The translations under genes and the position numbers were made by a program. Source: Octopus bimaculoides (lineage: Eukaryota). From it: a stretch of 64,000 bases of DNA. The notes beneath the pieces are model-generated. The model ran no database searches. It was not told where the DNA came from and saw only the letters and a program-made list of their open reading frames with translations. Shown in pieces: positions 1 to 12,411 of the stretch (the first letter of the stretch is position 1; every line of letters begins with the position of its first letter). Where the stretch lies: positions 32,889,974 to 32,953,973 of the forward strand of contig NC_068995.1 of assembly GCF_001194135.2 (NCBI RefSeq), given 5' to 3'.

Positions 1-297
1 AGTACCGCCTGACTGGCTCCTGTAGGATTTTCGAGCGAGATCGTTGCCAGTGCCCCTGGACTGGCTTGTGCGGGTGGCACATAAAAGACACCATTTCGAG
101 CGTGGCCGTTTTCGTGCGGGTGACACGTAAAAGCACCCACTACACTCTCTGAGTGGTTGGCGTTAGGAAGGGCATCCAGCTGTAGAAACTCTGCCAAATC
201 AGACTGGAGCCTGGTGTTGCCATCCGGTTTCACCAGTCCTCAGTCAAATCGTCCAACCCATGCTAGCATGGAAAGCGGACGTTAAACGATGATGATG
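1..297 (+). mobile_element. 3' tail of an RTE-type LINE, or a SINE sharing it, ending in (GAT)n
   Basis: Same sequence as the tail at 23286-23534, which lies downstream of an RTE reverse transcriptase fragment; ends gcggacgttaaacgatgatgatg. Confidence 0.75.
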
Positions 298-3200
298 AAA
301 GAAGGAAGAGAAAAGGGGAAATAAGAAAGTTTCTTACAATGCAGAAAGTTTTACAAAAACCTTTATATTTCAGGCACAAAAGTCCATCCTCAGAAGGAAG
401 CAGTCTGGGAAATGTCTAGTTACACAGATTCCATCATTACCTCACTCAAACTCCTTGGGGTTAGGTTAGCAGCAGTAGCAACTTAACACAGAAGAGTTTG
501 AGTAAGGTAACAGAATTGGTGTAACTGGGCATTTCCTGAACTGCTTTCTTCTGAGGATGAGCCTTTGCACTTGAAGTATAAAGGCTTTTGTAAAACTTTC
601 TGCATTGTTAGAAACTTTATTTTCTCTTTTTCTTTTCCTTCTTCAGTACTACAGTGCTTCAAGTGAATTACAATGCTTTTACATGCATACATACATACAT
701 ACATACATACATACATACATACATACGTGTGTATTTGGATTTGAAGCTATTTCTTTTGCTATAACTCAATAATTTCCTGCCTTATACAACATGGAGTTAA
801 TCAATATTTCTAAGTGAAGCAACAGTGGATGGTGGAGACACCAGAACACAGTAAAGTCCCTGGCTAGATGCTTTGCTGTATTTTGGATTCATCCCTCTAA
901 GTAGGGAGAACTGACAAATGGCGAATGCAGCAATATGCTGCTCCAATGCATGACTCTTGAGTTTATTTAATAACTCTGGTTTAAGAAAATAAACACTTGT
1001 ACAGAAGTTGATTCAGTTAATATCCTTAGTGTCGATTGAGAAGATTTATCATACAAAGTCTTCTAGTCTTGACTATTATGTCCTTTGCATATTGCATGCC
1101 TTTATCACATGTATCTTTTTTAAGATGGTAGGGTGCGTGTTGATGAAAATTTAACTGTTTTTATGAAGTGAAGCAACCATATAGAATCTTCACTATTGGT
1201 TTGTGGTTATACCCGTCTAGATATTTTTTTATCAAAAGAACCTCAATATTATTCTATGTTATGATAAAGAAGAATGTATGTATTCATTTATTCATAAATC
1301 ATATTTGAGCAGAGAGGTTGATAGCTTGTATTGTTGGAGATATTGGAGTATATGTTACTGGTTATTTCACTTAGCCATGTGTAGGTAAAGCTAATTGTTG
1401 CAAGCGCCAGCAACAGGGCCACCACCATCACAGCTGCCATCACCACTACAACTCATCATCATCAGCCATCATTTTTATGTCCAATGTTTCCATAGTGGGT
1501 TTGGGTTAGACAAGACTTCTTGAAGCACTATTCTGTGGCCAGATGCCATATATATATATATATGTATATGTATGTATGTATTTGTGTTTGTCCTCCCACC
1601 ATCGCTTGACTACTGATATTGGTGTGTTTGCGTCCCTGTAACTTAGCAGTTTGGCAAAAGAGACCAATAGAATAGGTACTAAGCTTACAAAGAATAAATC
1701 CTGGGGTCAGTTTGTTCAACTGAAGGCAGTGCTTCAGCATGGCTGCAGTCGGATGACTGAAACAAGTAAAAGAATACATGATTTTATACATGGATATATC
1801 TGTATGCTTGTGTGTGTGTATAGTTAGTCTATACTACTCTGTAAGGAGCATAGGGCTAGTTTCCCAGTTTCTCTGGCATGTATATTTCTCCCTGAACAGA
1901 ACATTGGTCTGGTGCATGATTACTCATTTTTACCAGCTGAGTGGACTGGAGCAACACGAAATGAAGTGTTTTGTTCAAGAACAGCACATTGCCTGATCCA
2001 GGAATCTAAACCACAATCGTACAATTATGAATCCAACACCTTAACCGTTAAGCCATGCACCCCCGCTATGTGTGGCTATATCTATATATATATAAATATA
2101 TACATTATGGGCTTTCTTAACAGTTTTTGTTCACAAAATATAAATCACAAAGCATTGGTCAACCCAAAGCTATAGGAGAATACACTTGCTCAAAGTACAA
2201 TGCAGTCAAGAACTGGGGGGAGGGGGTTGATTTAATCGAGTAACACCCTCCCCACTTACAAATTTGTAGCCATGTGCCCTATGTTTGAAATTATTGTTGT
2301 TATTCAGGAACACTGTAGCTTGACAGACTTGTTAGAGCATCGGCAAAATACCTTGTATTTGTTCCAGCTCTTTATTCGCTGAATTCAAATTCCACCGAGG
2401 TTAGCTTCGCCTTTCATCCTTTTGGGGTCGATAAATTGTGGCTACATGGTGATGTTCTTAACCATGCAGCCATGCTTGCAACTGTACATAAATTATAAGT
2501 GTTTTGTTAGTTTGCAGTACTAAGTTCAAGTCCATCTATGAGCCTGAAGTAAACAGTAGGGGAGCAAGTAATTGTGCCTAAGCTAATGAATATGTATATG
2601 TATAAGATGGTGAAGAGAGAGATCTGGGACTGTTGAGAGCTACACTAAATACTATGTGCTATTTAGATTATTCCTTCTACGTTTAATATCTGCTAGAGAC
2701 TGAGTTCACATCTATCAGTGGCAGGAAAACTAATATTCGGAAGGCTGCATTAGAAAACATTTTATTAAATACTTGAAATGATTTATTTAAATATATTGTG
2801 TATTAGAAATAAATGCATTCTTCCTTGCCATTTCCAGAATGTTGCACTTTGGGGTTAAACTGGCACACTGTTGGTGATGTTGACAAGGATTCTGGTTGAT
2901 CTAATCAACGGGACAACCAGCTCATGAAATTAATATGCAAGTGGCTGAGCACTCCACAGAAGTGCATACCCAGTTCTTAATGAGATTCAATGTGATACAG
3001 AATGTGATAAGGCTGGCCCTTTGAGCTAGAGGTACAACTCATTTTTGCCAACTGAGTGAACTGGAGCAAAGTGAAATAAGATGTTTTGCTCAAGGATATG
3101 TGCCACCAGGAATCACTCACAACCTTGCAATTGTGAGCCAAATACCCTAAACCATGCACCTTCACACTTTGGACTTACCATACTGCAAGGTTCCCTCTAC

Positions 3201-3497
3201 CCTTGATCTAGTCAATACCCTGAAGTGAAGAAGCTGCAGTGGTTACTCAAGTACAGTATGGTCTTGAATATAATGTAACCTCTATATTTTGCACCTAAAA
3301 ATCAATATATTTATCCTCTTTCCTTTCCCTCAAGTATAATACTTATCCTTCAATTTTAACCTGATGTCCTGTATTAAATTTTCATGTTATATATGAGTAA
3401 ATATAAGGACTAGTGAGACCCTGAGCTTTGCAAGATCACCAGGAAATCAATCTCTCTATGAAGTATAAAGCAATTTTAAAAAAAAGTTACCAAGTAT

Positions 3498-3894
3498 GAG
3501 TGGCTGTGTGGTAAGTAGCTTGCTTACCAACCACATGGTTCTGGGTTCATTCCCACTGCGTGGCACCTTGGGCAAGTGTCTTCTACTATAGCCTCGGGCC
3601 GACCAAAGCCTTGTGAGTGGATTTGGTAGACGGAAACTGAAAGAAGCCCGTCGTTTATATGTATATATATACATGTATGTGTGTGTGTATATGTTTGTGT
3701 GTCTGTTTGTCAACCAACATCGCTTGACAACCGATGGTGGTGTGTTTGCGTCCCCGTAACTTAGCGGTTTGGCAAAAGAGACCGATAGAATAAATACTAG
3801 GCTTACAAAGAATAAGTCCTGGGGTCGATTTGCTCGACTAAAGGCGGTGCTCCAGCATGGCCGCAGTCAAATAACTGAAACAAGTAAAAGAGTA
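3498..3894 (+). mobile_element. tRNA-headed SINE with internal (TA/TG)n microsatellite (family A), near full length
   Basis: The head tggctgtgtggtaag...gggttcattccc has A/B-box-like motifs. A near-identical copy lies at 26308-26701, with many decayed copies elsewhere (about 13729-14122, 32291-32644, 44879-45260 and others). Confidence 0.75.
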
Positions 3895-3900
3895 AGTATA

Positions 3901-3944
<44 letters not shown>

Positions 3945-5192
3945 GTAAGTTACATCATTTCTTTTCCTGTTTTTACAAAATAGTCTTATCATCCTCCAAC
4001 ACACGCTATTATTCTGATGTTTTTATTTTATTTTTTATATTTATAATTTTTTTCTCTCCTGTTTTTAACATTTTCAGTAGCTGAAAACATTGTCAGTTAA
4101 CCTAGCTGATAGCTCTGTTAAAAGAACTTGTGTTGCAACATAAATAACTTCAATGGCATCATGAGGAGGGGAAGGACAATGGCATACTTTAGTGGATTTA
4201 TTTATTTATTACACAAGTTACATACAAAATACCTTTCTTTATTGTTCTTTCATGTTGTTGTTTAGCCTCAGGTCAGTCTTCATCTAGCACACCTATTATT
4301 AAAGGTATTCCAGGTGTGAGCATCCCATTTTTCCCTATGTCCAGAATATCTCAGATCACCTTATCCAATTTGCCTGTTTCTAAGATGATGGGATGTAATT
4401 TGAGGACAATGTAGTTGTTATTTCTAGCAGTTTAAATGACCATGTAGAGGTCTTTTTTTTGCTCATGCTCTTTTACATGAAACTATAAGGTGCTCATTAC
4501 AAATTTGTGGAAATGTTCTGATAGTCTTACATTCAAGTAATTGTGTATGTGTGTGCTATCAAAACCTATAATTTAAGTAGTAAATTTTAAAAGATTGTAC
4601 TGAACCTTTCAAGCTGTTTTAGCTCTATGAATTGCATCGTCGTCATTGTCATCGTTTTAATGTCCAGTTTTCTATGTTTGCACGGGTTGGATGGATTTTA
4701 TTGAGGAAGATTTTCTACAGCTGGATGCTCTTCCTGTCACCAACATTCACCTGTTTTCATGGCTAGACATGTTCTCACAGAATATTAGGAATGAATGACA
4801 CTGCCTGTATGATAGTGACAGTCATTTTACAACTCTCACATGATGTCAAGATGACACAAACATACACACACACATGTGTGTGCATGGTGGGTTTCTTTCA
4901 GTCTCCATCTTACCAAATTCACTCATCAGACTTTGGCTGGCCCAAGGCTATAGTAGAAGACACTTGCCCAAAGTGTTATGCTGTTGTACTGAACCCAGAA
5001 CCATGTGGCTGAGAAGCAAACTGTTTACCACATAGCCATACCTGCACCTATACATGCATCAGTGTCAATTGTAAAACAGGATACACAATGAAACTGCAAA
5101 GGAATACTAGTAAAAAATTAAATAATTTCTCCTTGACATTTTTGTTTTGAATCCATTTTCCCTCACACTAAAGGCATGTAACCCAAACCCCC

Positions 5193-5227
<35 letters not shown>

Positions 5228-7241
5228 TTGATCCTTTATATTGAACACTCAATATTTCATCTACATTCAATACTTTCTTTCATGGTGCCATCCATTTTTA
5301 TTTTATTTTATTTTATTTTATATTATATATTGTATATTCCATATTCTATACCCCACATTGGTTCTGCAGGAATATAAATAAAACATAAAAAAACAGACAG
5401 TGTTCGAACTCTTTTAAACAAAATACTATATTCCTCTATACACAATCATACAAAAAAAGCACCATTTTTGTATTTATTTTTACTCGCANNNNNNNNNNNN
5501 NNNNNNNNNNNNNNNNNNNNNNNNNNNNNNNNNNNNNNNNNNNNNNNNNNNNNNNNNNNNNNNNNNNNNNNNNNNNCACACACACACACACACGCGCACA
5601 CACAAAAAATCTGCCCCGACAAATTTGGAGCATGGGAAAATGGATGTTAAAGTGATAATTATGATGATGATGATGATAAGACGGAGAATGACAATGCCGA
5701 AATCAGAACTTCTTAGATATGATGATGTATTAAAGAATCCTGTAATCTATCACTTCTGGTGAACCAATATATATATATATATATATATTAGGTGCAGCCA
5801 TAGATAGCTGTTTGGTTAAAAAGTTCATTTTTATCTATGTATAATAGTTTAGCTGAGATGTGGGAGGTATTAATAAAAGCAAATATAATGGGAGGTGGAG
5901 GGGTACTAGTTGAATAAACAAAAGGGAGAAATAGATGAGATCTGTATTTTCCTCCAGTTTCTTTAGTTATGTAATAAATATTTTTTCCTATTGGTTTCAA
6001 ATTTTGGCACAAGGCCAGCAAGTTTGGGGAATGGGATAAGTCAATTACATCAATTTCAGTGTTCCACTGTACTTATTTAAGTGACCACGAAAGGATGAAA
6101 GGTAAAGTAGACCCCAGCAGCATTTGAACTCAGAATGGAAAGTTGGGTGAAACATTCTTCCTGGCGTGCTACCAATTCTGCTAGCTCACCACCTTCTATT
6201 GTATTGATAATTACTGCTACTTAGTATTGAAGTAAACATTCTTTCAGACATCCAAGCGGACTTAACCTTAAAATAGATTACAGAGGGTTTAGAAATACAG
6301 TTTATAGGCCACTCACACACCCAGTATGAACAATGATTGGTGTAACAATGCTTCTCTGACCACAATGCACATTAATGCAAGAATAAAGGGGCAGTAAGAT
6401 TAAAATCAACTAAAGTCAGTCAGACACAAATGCACATGTCTTAATTTTGGTTTCAAATTTTGGTGCAAGACCAGCAATTTGGGGAGGGGATGAGTCAATT
6501 ACATTGACCTCAGTGTTCAACTGGTACTTATTTAATTGACCCCAAAAGAATGAAAGGTAAAGTCAGCCATGGTGGAATTTGAACTTGGAATGTAAAACCA
6601 GTCAAAATGCCGCTAAGCATTTTATCTGATAGCTAATGATACTGTCTGCTAGTTGCCTTCTACATTTCTTCTTAATCTTGGCAACAGCGACAAGAAATAG
6701 AATATACCAATAAATACCAATACTATAGCATCAGCTCACATAGAGATTGTAACATAACAGTAAAATCAGTTGAAAATCTAAATCATTTGAAAATATTTAC
6801 CTATTGGGAAGGCCACAAGTTTAATGGGAGTGACAGATATTGGAGAAAAAAACTGAAGATGAACAACTCACGACTCTTGTGAAATATATCTATATTAATG
6901 CTTGTATGTTTTGAGCTAATGTTTACAAATAAATTTAGCTTTCCCTTCCTTCATACTTATACTACGACTTATAGATTTCCTGGCTTGTTTAATGTTGAAA
7001 CAACACCTGGAAATGTTTTTACAAACCGGGCTTTTTTTTCTTTATTAAGCTAAAAATATTTAAAAATATGAAAGAAAGTCAGCAGTTATTTTCCCATTAT
7101 ACTATTGTGTCTATTTGTTGGATGAAACACTTCTAAGCATTCTGCCTAATGTGCTAACAATTCTGCCAGCTCACTGCCTTTCTGTGGTAATGCATTTTAA
7201 ATAAATCCTAATTATCTTTGGTGGAAATTGTTTCACTAAAC

Positions 7242-7510
7242 CAGTGGTTTTCAACCAGGGTCTATATAAGATTTTGTTGTTAAAATTTATGTGCAATAAA
7301 TTGGTTATACTTTTACAATACACAAAATATTTTAATTATTATACACTTCCTAATAATATTTAATTATAAAAATACTGTAGGATTTGTATATATATAACAA
7401 AAAAATACTGTAGGATTTTTTTTTATATATACCATAAGTGGCTATGGAGGTCCACCTGAGCAAAATAGAAACCAAAGGGGTCTATACGCAGAAAATGGTT
7501 GAAAACCACT
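7242..7510. mobile_element. hAT/Charlie-type MITE
   Basis: Termini cagtggttttcaacc ... ggttgaaaaccact; flanks cactaaac / ctctaaat resemble a decayed 8-bp TSD. Confidence 0.6.
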
Positions 7511-7850
7511 CTCTAAATAGTAGTGATGCTAATTTGTTAATCTCTACAAAACTTGAGAACCTTCCTACAATACCTGCAGGGTGATTTGAAATTAAGAGTT
7601 AGGAGTTCACTGTTTTATTAATTTAGCCATGCATAATGTCTCCAACACATTGGATTGTTGCCCACTACTGGGAAACTTCATTTTTATACACGGATTCAAG
7701 GTAGAGGAAATATGCTGTTTTCTTTTGCTTTTTCTATCATTGGAAAGTTTTGAGTTTTGCTGAACTCAGCACTGCATGTTAACAAAGTATTTGTCAAAGC
7801 CATTTTATAGCTTTGTTGAAAGGTGGGACTGCAAAGCTGTTTTGTACATG

Positions 7851-8151
7851 AAGAATAAAATGTTTTGAATGAAACAATAATGCACTATAATACAAACAAT
7901 GGACTATAATAACTGTTGTAATTTAATCATCCATAGTCTGATATGATATTTCGGAATAAAAATTTCTTCTTCAGATATCCCTAGGAATCAATGGAGTTGC
8001 TGCTATAATCGGTTATAGCAGCGGCTCCATCAATTCCTAGGGATATCTCAAGAAGGAATTTTTATTCCGAAATATCATATCAGACTATGGATGATTAAAT
8101 TACAACAGTTATTATAGTGCATTGTTGTGTCATTCAAAATATTTTATTCTT
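7851..8151. repeat. About 300-bp near-perfect palindrome (fold-back MITE-like element)
   Basis: Arms centred on gctgctataa-TCGG-ttatagcagc (7999-8022). Symmetry can be read out to aagaataaaa / ttttattctt; the left arm carries a roughly 19-bp internal duplication. Confidence 0.85.
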
Positions 8152-8870
8152 TATAAACATTACACAATGCTTCAAGCGAACTACAATACTCTGCTATCTC
8201 TACGTCTGTTTTGTACAGTTTCTTTGTTGATTATGAAACAAATCTGTGTATTGATTTATGAGGCTTATGATTTATTGTTATAGGAATGGGGAATTAAGTG
8301 TACCCATTGTGCATTTAAAGGGCTTTAGTGACGTAATATGAAGTGTCTGCAACTAGAAATGAAAGCTGTTTTCTCATCTTGCAGGTTCTTACTCTCTACA
8401 TATCTATGGTACATAATGTTTTGTGCTGGAATGGGTTGCAATGCCTATAGCCAAGAATTCAGACCTGGGTACCATAATGATTTATTTATTAAGTACAAAG
8501 TTATTTCTTGTTAGTTGAGGGAGGTATACTTACTTGATTGAATCAATCAGTTCTAGAGCTATAGATTCTAGAATTTGAAAAGAGAGATCAATGAATACGT
8601 AGATGCCACACTCTGCATTGAACATATATTCTCCAGACAAATAGACTAAATTAATCGAAGGAAACTCAGACAGAACTATTGCCAGTAGTCCGAGGGATAA
8701 AAAAAACCAAGTATTCGGCTACACAACATGCTGATAATAGTTAAAAGCTCTTTGAAATAATATTTATTTAGCATTTCTTTTTATTACATTGTACTAATGC
8801 ATCTTTTGTCATGCCAGCTGTTTTTTTTTTCTTTTTTTCTCCTTCTGCTTGTGTAGGAGACAAATAGAAA

Positions 8871-8932
8871 TTTGGCGGGTTGATGTTCAATGAATTGGCT
8901 TGGGAGCTACGGTAGAGAGAAATGGCGGGAAA
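8871..8932. promoter_or_regulatory. Cluster of E2F-like sites (TTTGGCGG 8871-8878; TGGCGGGAAA 8923-8932) with an inverted CCAAT box (ATTGG 8894-8898)
   Basis: Motifs read directly from the sequence in an otherwise CpG-poor region; function is only inferred. Confidence 0.3.
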
Positions 8933-10799
8933 ATAAGCAAACCTAAACAACACACATATACACTTAACTGTTGGTCTGCTGCTGATATCATAAAACACTA
9001 CAATACAAGCTGTAAACAGCATCACACTGATGGCATGTTGGTCGCAATTGGTTTGCTTCTCTTATTCCTTTTCTCTCTTACATATTGCCTGCAGGTGATG
9101 TGGTTTGCACTTCCAATTTCTAATATTGTCTCCATTGCAGCTGTCTTACTTTGCTTCTCTTTGACTGCTGTTCATTTTTTTGTTTATTTCTCTGTTTTCA
9201 CTTCTCTTTCTCTTCTCTTCTTTTCTCTACTACCTTATCCTTTTTCTTTTTTTCTCCTTATCTTACCCCCCCTCTCTTTATTTTTTTTTTTAATCTCCTT
9301 TCCTCTTTTTATTTTATCCTCAATTTTATTTTTTTACCATTGAAATTCTTAGATTTTCTTTTTTCATCTCTTTATTTTCAACTCTCTTTTTTAAAAAATA
9401 CATCTTTGTTCCACCCCCCACTTCTATTTTTAATTAGTTCTTACTCCTTTCTGTCATTCCCTGATATATATTTTTCAAGTACTTTTGCGTTTATTTTCAT
9501 TATTCATTTTCTTAAACCTCTTCTCCATTCTCAGGTGACTCTTCTTCAAGTTGTCCAAAATATTTTACATTTACTTTCTCACCTTCAACTAGTTCCACCA
9601 ATAAACTGCTCTCTTGTTCTAAGAATAGTTTGTTTTTGTTATGATTAAATCAATATGTTCTCTGTTCTTATCTCACTTTTCCCATCACCCCCCCTTTATC
9701 ACTCCCCAATCTCCATTTATTTTATTTTCTAGACGATAAAAATAATTTTTGTCTGAAAATATATTTTTATCTAAGTAAAAAAAAGAAGTGTTTAACAAAT
9801 TGTTTTAGGGGGGAAGAAGGGAGGGAAGAGGAGGGTGATGCTCTGTACCTCTGTGATGAAACTTGGGAGAGAATTATTAAGGCTTGCAAATCTTGTGTTT
9901 AAGTGTTTGGGAGATGAGACAGTAGGAGGACTGGAGGAGACAATGTGGATGCATCTGTTGTGGCCATGTGTTATAGTAATAGTAGTAGTAGTAGTAGTAG
10001 TAGTAGTATATTTGTTAAGTGTAGTAATAGTAGATTTGCTTTATGTTATTATGTTTTAACAATGCCACATAATAACAAAGTTTTAGGGGAAAGCTTTTGG
10101 TTGATTGAATTGACCATAGTCCACATGCCTGGTATTTTAATGACTTAGCAGAGATGAAAAAGCAAAGGAGATCTCAGTGGGATTTGAAACCAGAACATAG
10201 AAAGTCAGAATGAAATACTGGAAATCATATATAGCTTCTGCTACTCCACTCCATTCTGATGCTAATTGCTAACTAATATAAACATAACTAGTGTGTGTGT
10301 GTGTGTGTGCACATGTATACACACATTTAAATATGTATACACACATACATGAATAATATACACATACACATAGATATATATACATATACACGGGCATGTA
10401 TCTTCTGCTGACCAAAGCCTTGTGAGTGGATTTGGTAGATGGAAACTGAAAGCAGCCCGTCACATATTATATATGTATGTATCTATGTGAGTGTGTCTTT
10501 GTGTCTGTTTTTGTCCCCCATCATCACTTGACAACCAGTGTTGGTGTGTTTATGTCCCTGTAACTTAGCGGTTTTTCAAAAGAGATGTGGGGTCGATTTG
10601 TTCAACTAAAACCCTTCAAGGCAGTGCCCCAGTATGGCTACAGTCAAATAACTGAAACAAGGGCATCCACCCGTAGAAACCATGCCAAATCAAACTGGAA
10701 CCTGGTGCAACCCTCTGGCTTACCAGTTCCAGTCAAATCATCTAACCCATATCAGCATGGAAAGCAAACATTAGATGATGATGATGATGGATGATTATA

Positions 10800-10829
10800 T
10801 CTGTCTGTCTGTCTCTGTCTCTGTCTCTC

Positions 10830-10909
<80 letters not shown>

Positions 10910-11155
10910 CATACATACATGTGTGTGTGTATATAGATAGATCAAGTTGATGAGTGCCTCATATTCCCCGCCATTTTCTTATTGCTATATAAATTTATGG
11001 TAAAATAACCCCCTTTTACCCGCACCCACTTATTGCACTTGGTATAACACTAGTGTAACAATAATTGGGTACCCTCCCAGTATATTGGATAGATATTACC
11101 CCTTAGTGGGTTGGATCCTCAATCCCCAACTCTCTTGGATTATATATATATATAC

Positions 11156-11192
<37 letters not shown>

Positions 11193-11333
11193 CATATGTG
11201 TGTATATATATATTTATATATATATATATATATACACATACATATGTGTGTGTGTATATAGATAGACAGATATAAAATGTAATATAAATATATATATATG
11301 TATATGTACATATGTATGTATATACATACATAC

Positions 11334-11382
<49 letters not shown>

Positions 11383-11470
11383 ATAAATATATATGTAAGA
11401 TAAATATATATGTAAGATAAATATACAAATATAATGTAAATATGTGAATAAATAATAAAAAAAAAAACTG
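10800..11470. repeat. Compound microsatellite block (CT/TA/TG repeats)
   Basis: Direct reading. Similar tracts occur throughout, e.g. (TAT)n 11910-11960, (GA)n 36270-36340 and (CA)n 30870-31060. Confidence 0.9.
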
Positions 11471-11907
11471 GCTTGTGCCTATTGGGAATCAAACCGCATA
11501 TCCCCTGGTGTGCATGCGTGTGTCAGCACGCGTGCCTTTGCTTCCCTCTCTTATCTTTCAGCCGTCTGTTTTGTTTTGTCATTTGTGGGGTCGTTAACTT
11601 TTTCTATTTTATCATGGCCTTATAGCTGCCAGCCTTCTCAAATTCCAGGTATATCTTGATGCTAAAGCACAAAGCACAAGAAATGTGGGTTGGGTTTAAC
11701 TTGCTTCTCTCATCAGTTCACCTAGTTCTTATCACATGCAAAATATTTTCTTACTTGTAATAGAAAGGCCTCAAAAATTAATTTATGCACTTTATTGAGT
11801 TTAGAGGTGAAACTAAGTGAGGTAGTTTTAAGAAAAGAACTATACATATTTTCCTTATATGAATATATATTCTTTGAGTGTATCTTGAGCAGGTCATTAT
11901 GTCATTG

Positions 11908-11957
<50 letters not shown>

Positions 11958-11974
11958 CATCATCATTAAGGCAT

Positions 11975-12190
11975 TGAGTTGGCAGAATTATTAGCACACC
12001 AGGCAAAATGCTTAGCGGTATTTTGTCTGCCGCTACATTCTGAGTTCAAATTCTGCTGAGATCGACTTTGCCTTTCATCCTTTCTGGGCCGATAAATTAA
12101 GTACCAGTGAAACACTAAGGTCGATGTAATTGACTAGTCCCCTCCCTCCCAAATTTCAGGCCTTGTGCCTTTAGTAGACAGGATTATTAT
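11975..12190 (+). mobile_element. SINE family B (gagttggcagaat...gcctttcatcctt...gtcgataaattaagtacc...)
   Basis: Related copies at about 29280-29480, 63568-63770 and 63885-64000 (+) and about 5990-6200 and 6445-6660 (-). Boundaries are approximate. Confidence 0.6.
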
Positions 12191-12379
12191 TTTTATCGTT
12201 TTTATTATTTAACTAGTTAACCAATTAACTCATTGATTATTTGACTAATTGTTCTGTCAGTCAGTTTTTAGAGTTCTTTTATCACCATTTGCGATATCTT
12301 CAATAATATGCCCTCATTACTCCAGGTCTGCCTCTTAGTTGCAGATTGTATATTTATATATATGGGGAAATGAGTGAGA

Positions 12380-12411
<32 letters not shown>

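Noticed and set aside
3498-3570. tRNA-like A/B boxes in SINE heads (also 22008, 26308, 29870, 31265, 42150)
   Set aside because: These are heads of repeated SINEs; no intact cloverleaf was seen, so no tRNA gene is called.
8531-8730. Minus-strand open stretch ending at a gtaagt donor-like site (possible exon of a divergent gene)
   Set aside because: No recognisable protein similarity and no partner exon found; insufficient support.
8900-9648. Overlapping hydrophobic ORFs of 147 and 165 aa that look like membrane proteins
   Set aside because: They come from a T/C-rich low-complexity tract that inevitably encodes F/L/S; no recognisable domain.
11096-11492. YIYI/THTH-rich ORFs
   Set aside because: Translations of (TA)n and (CA)n microsatellites.
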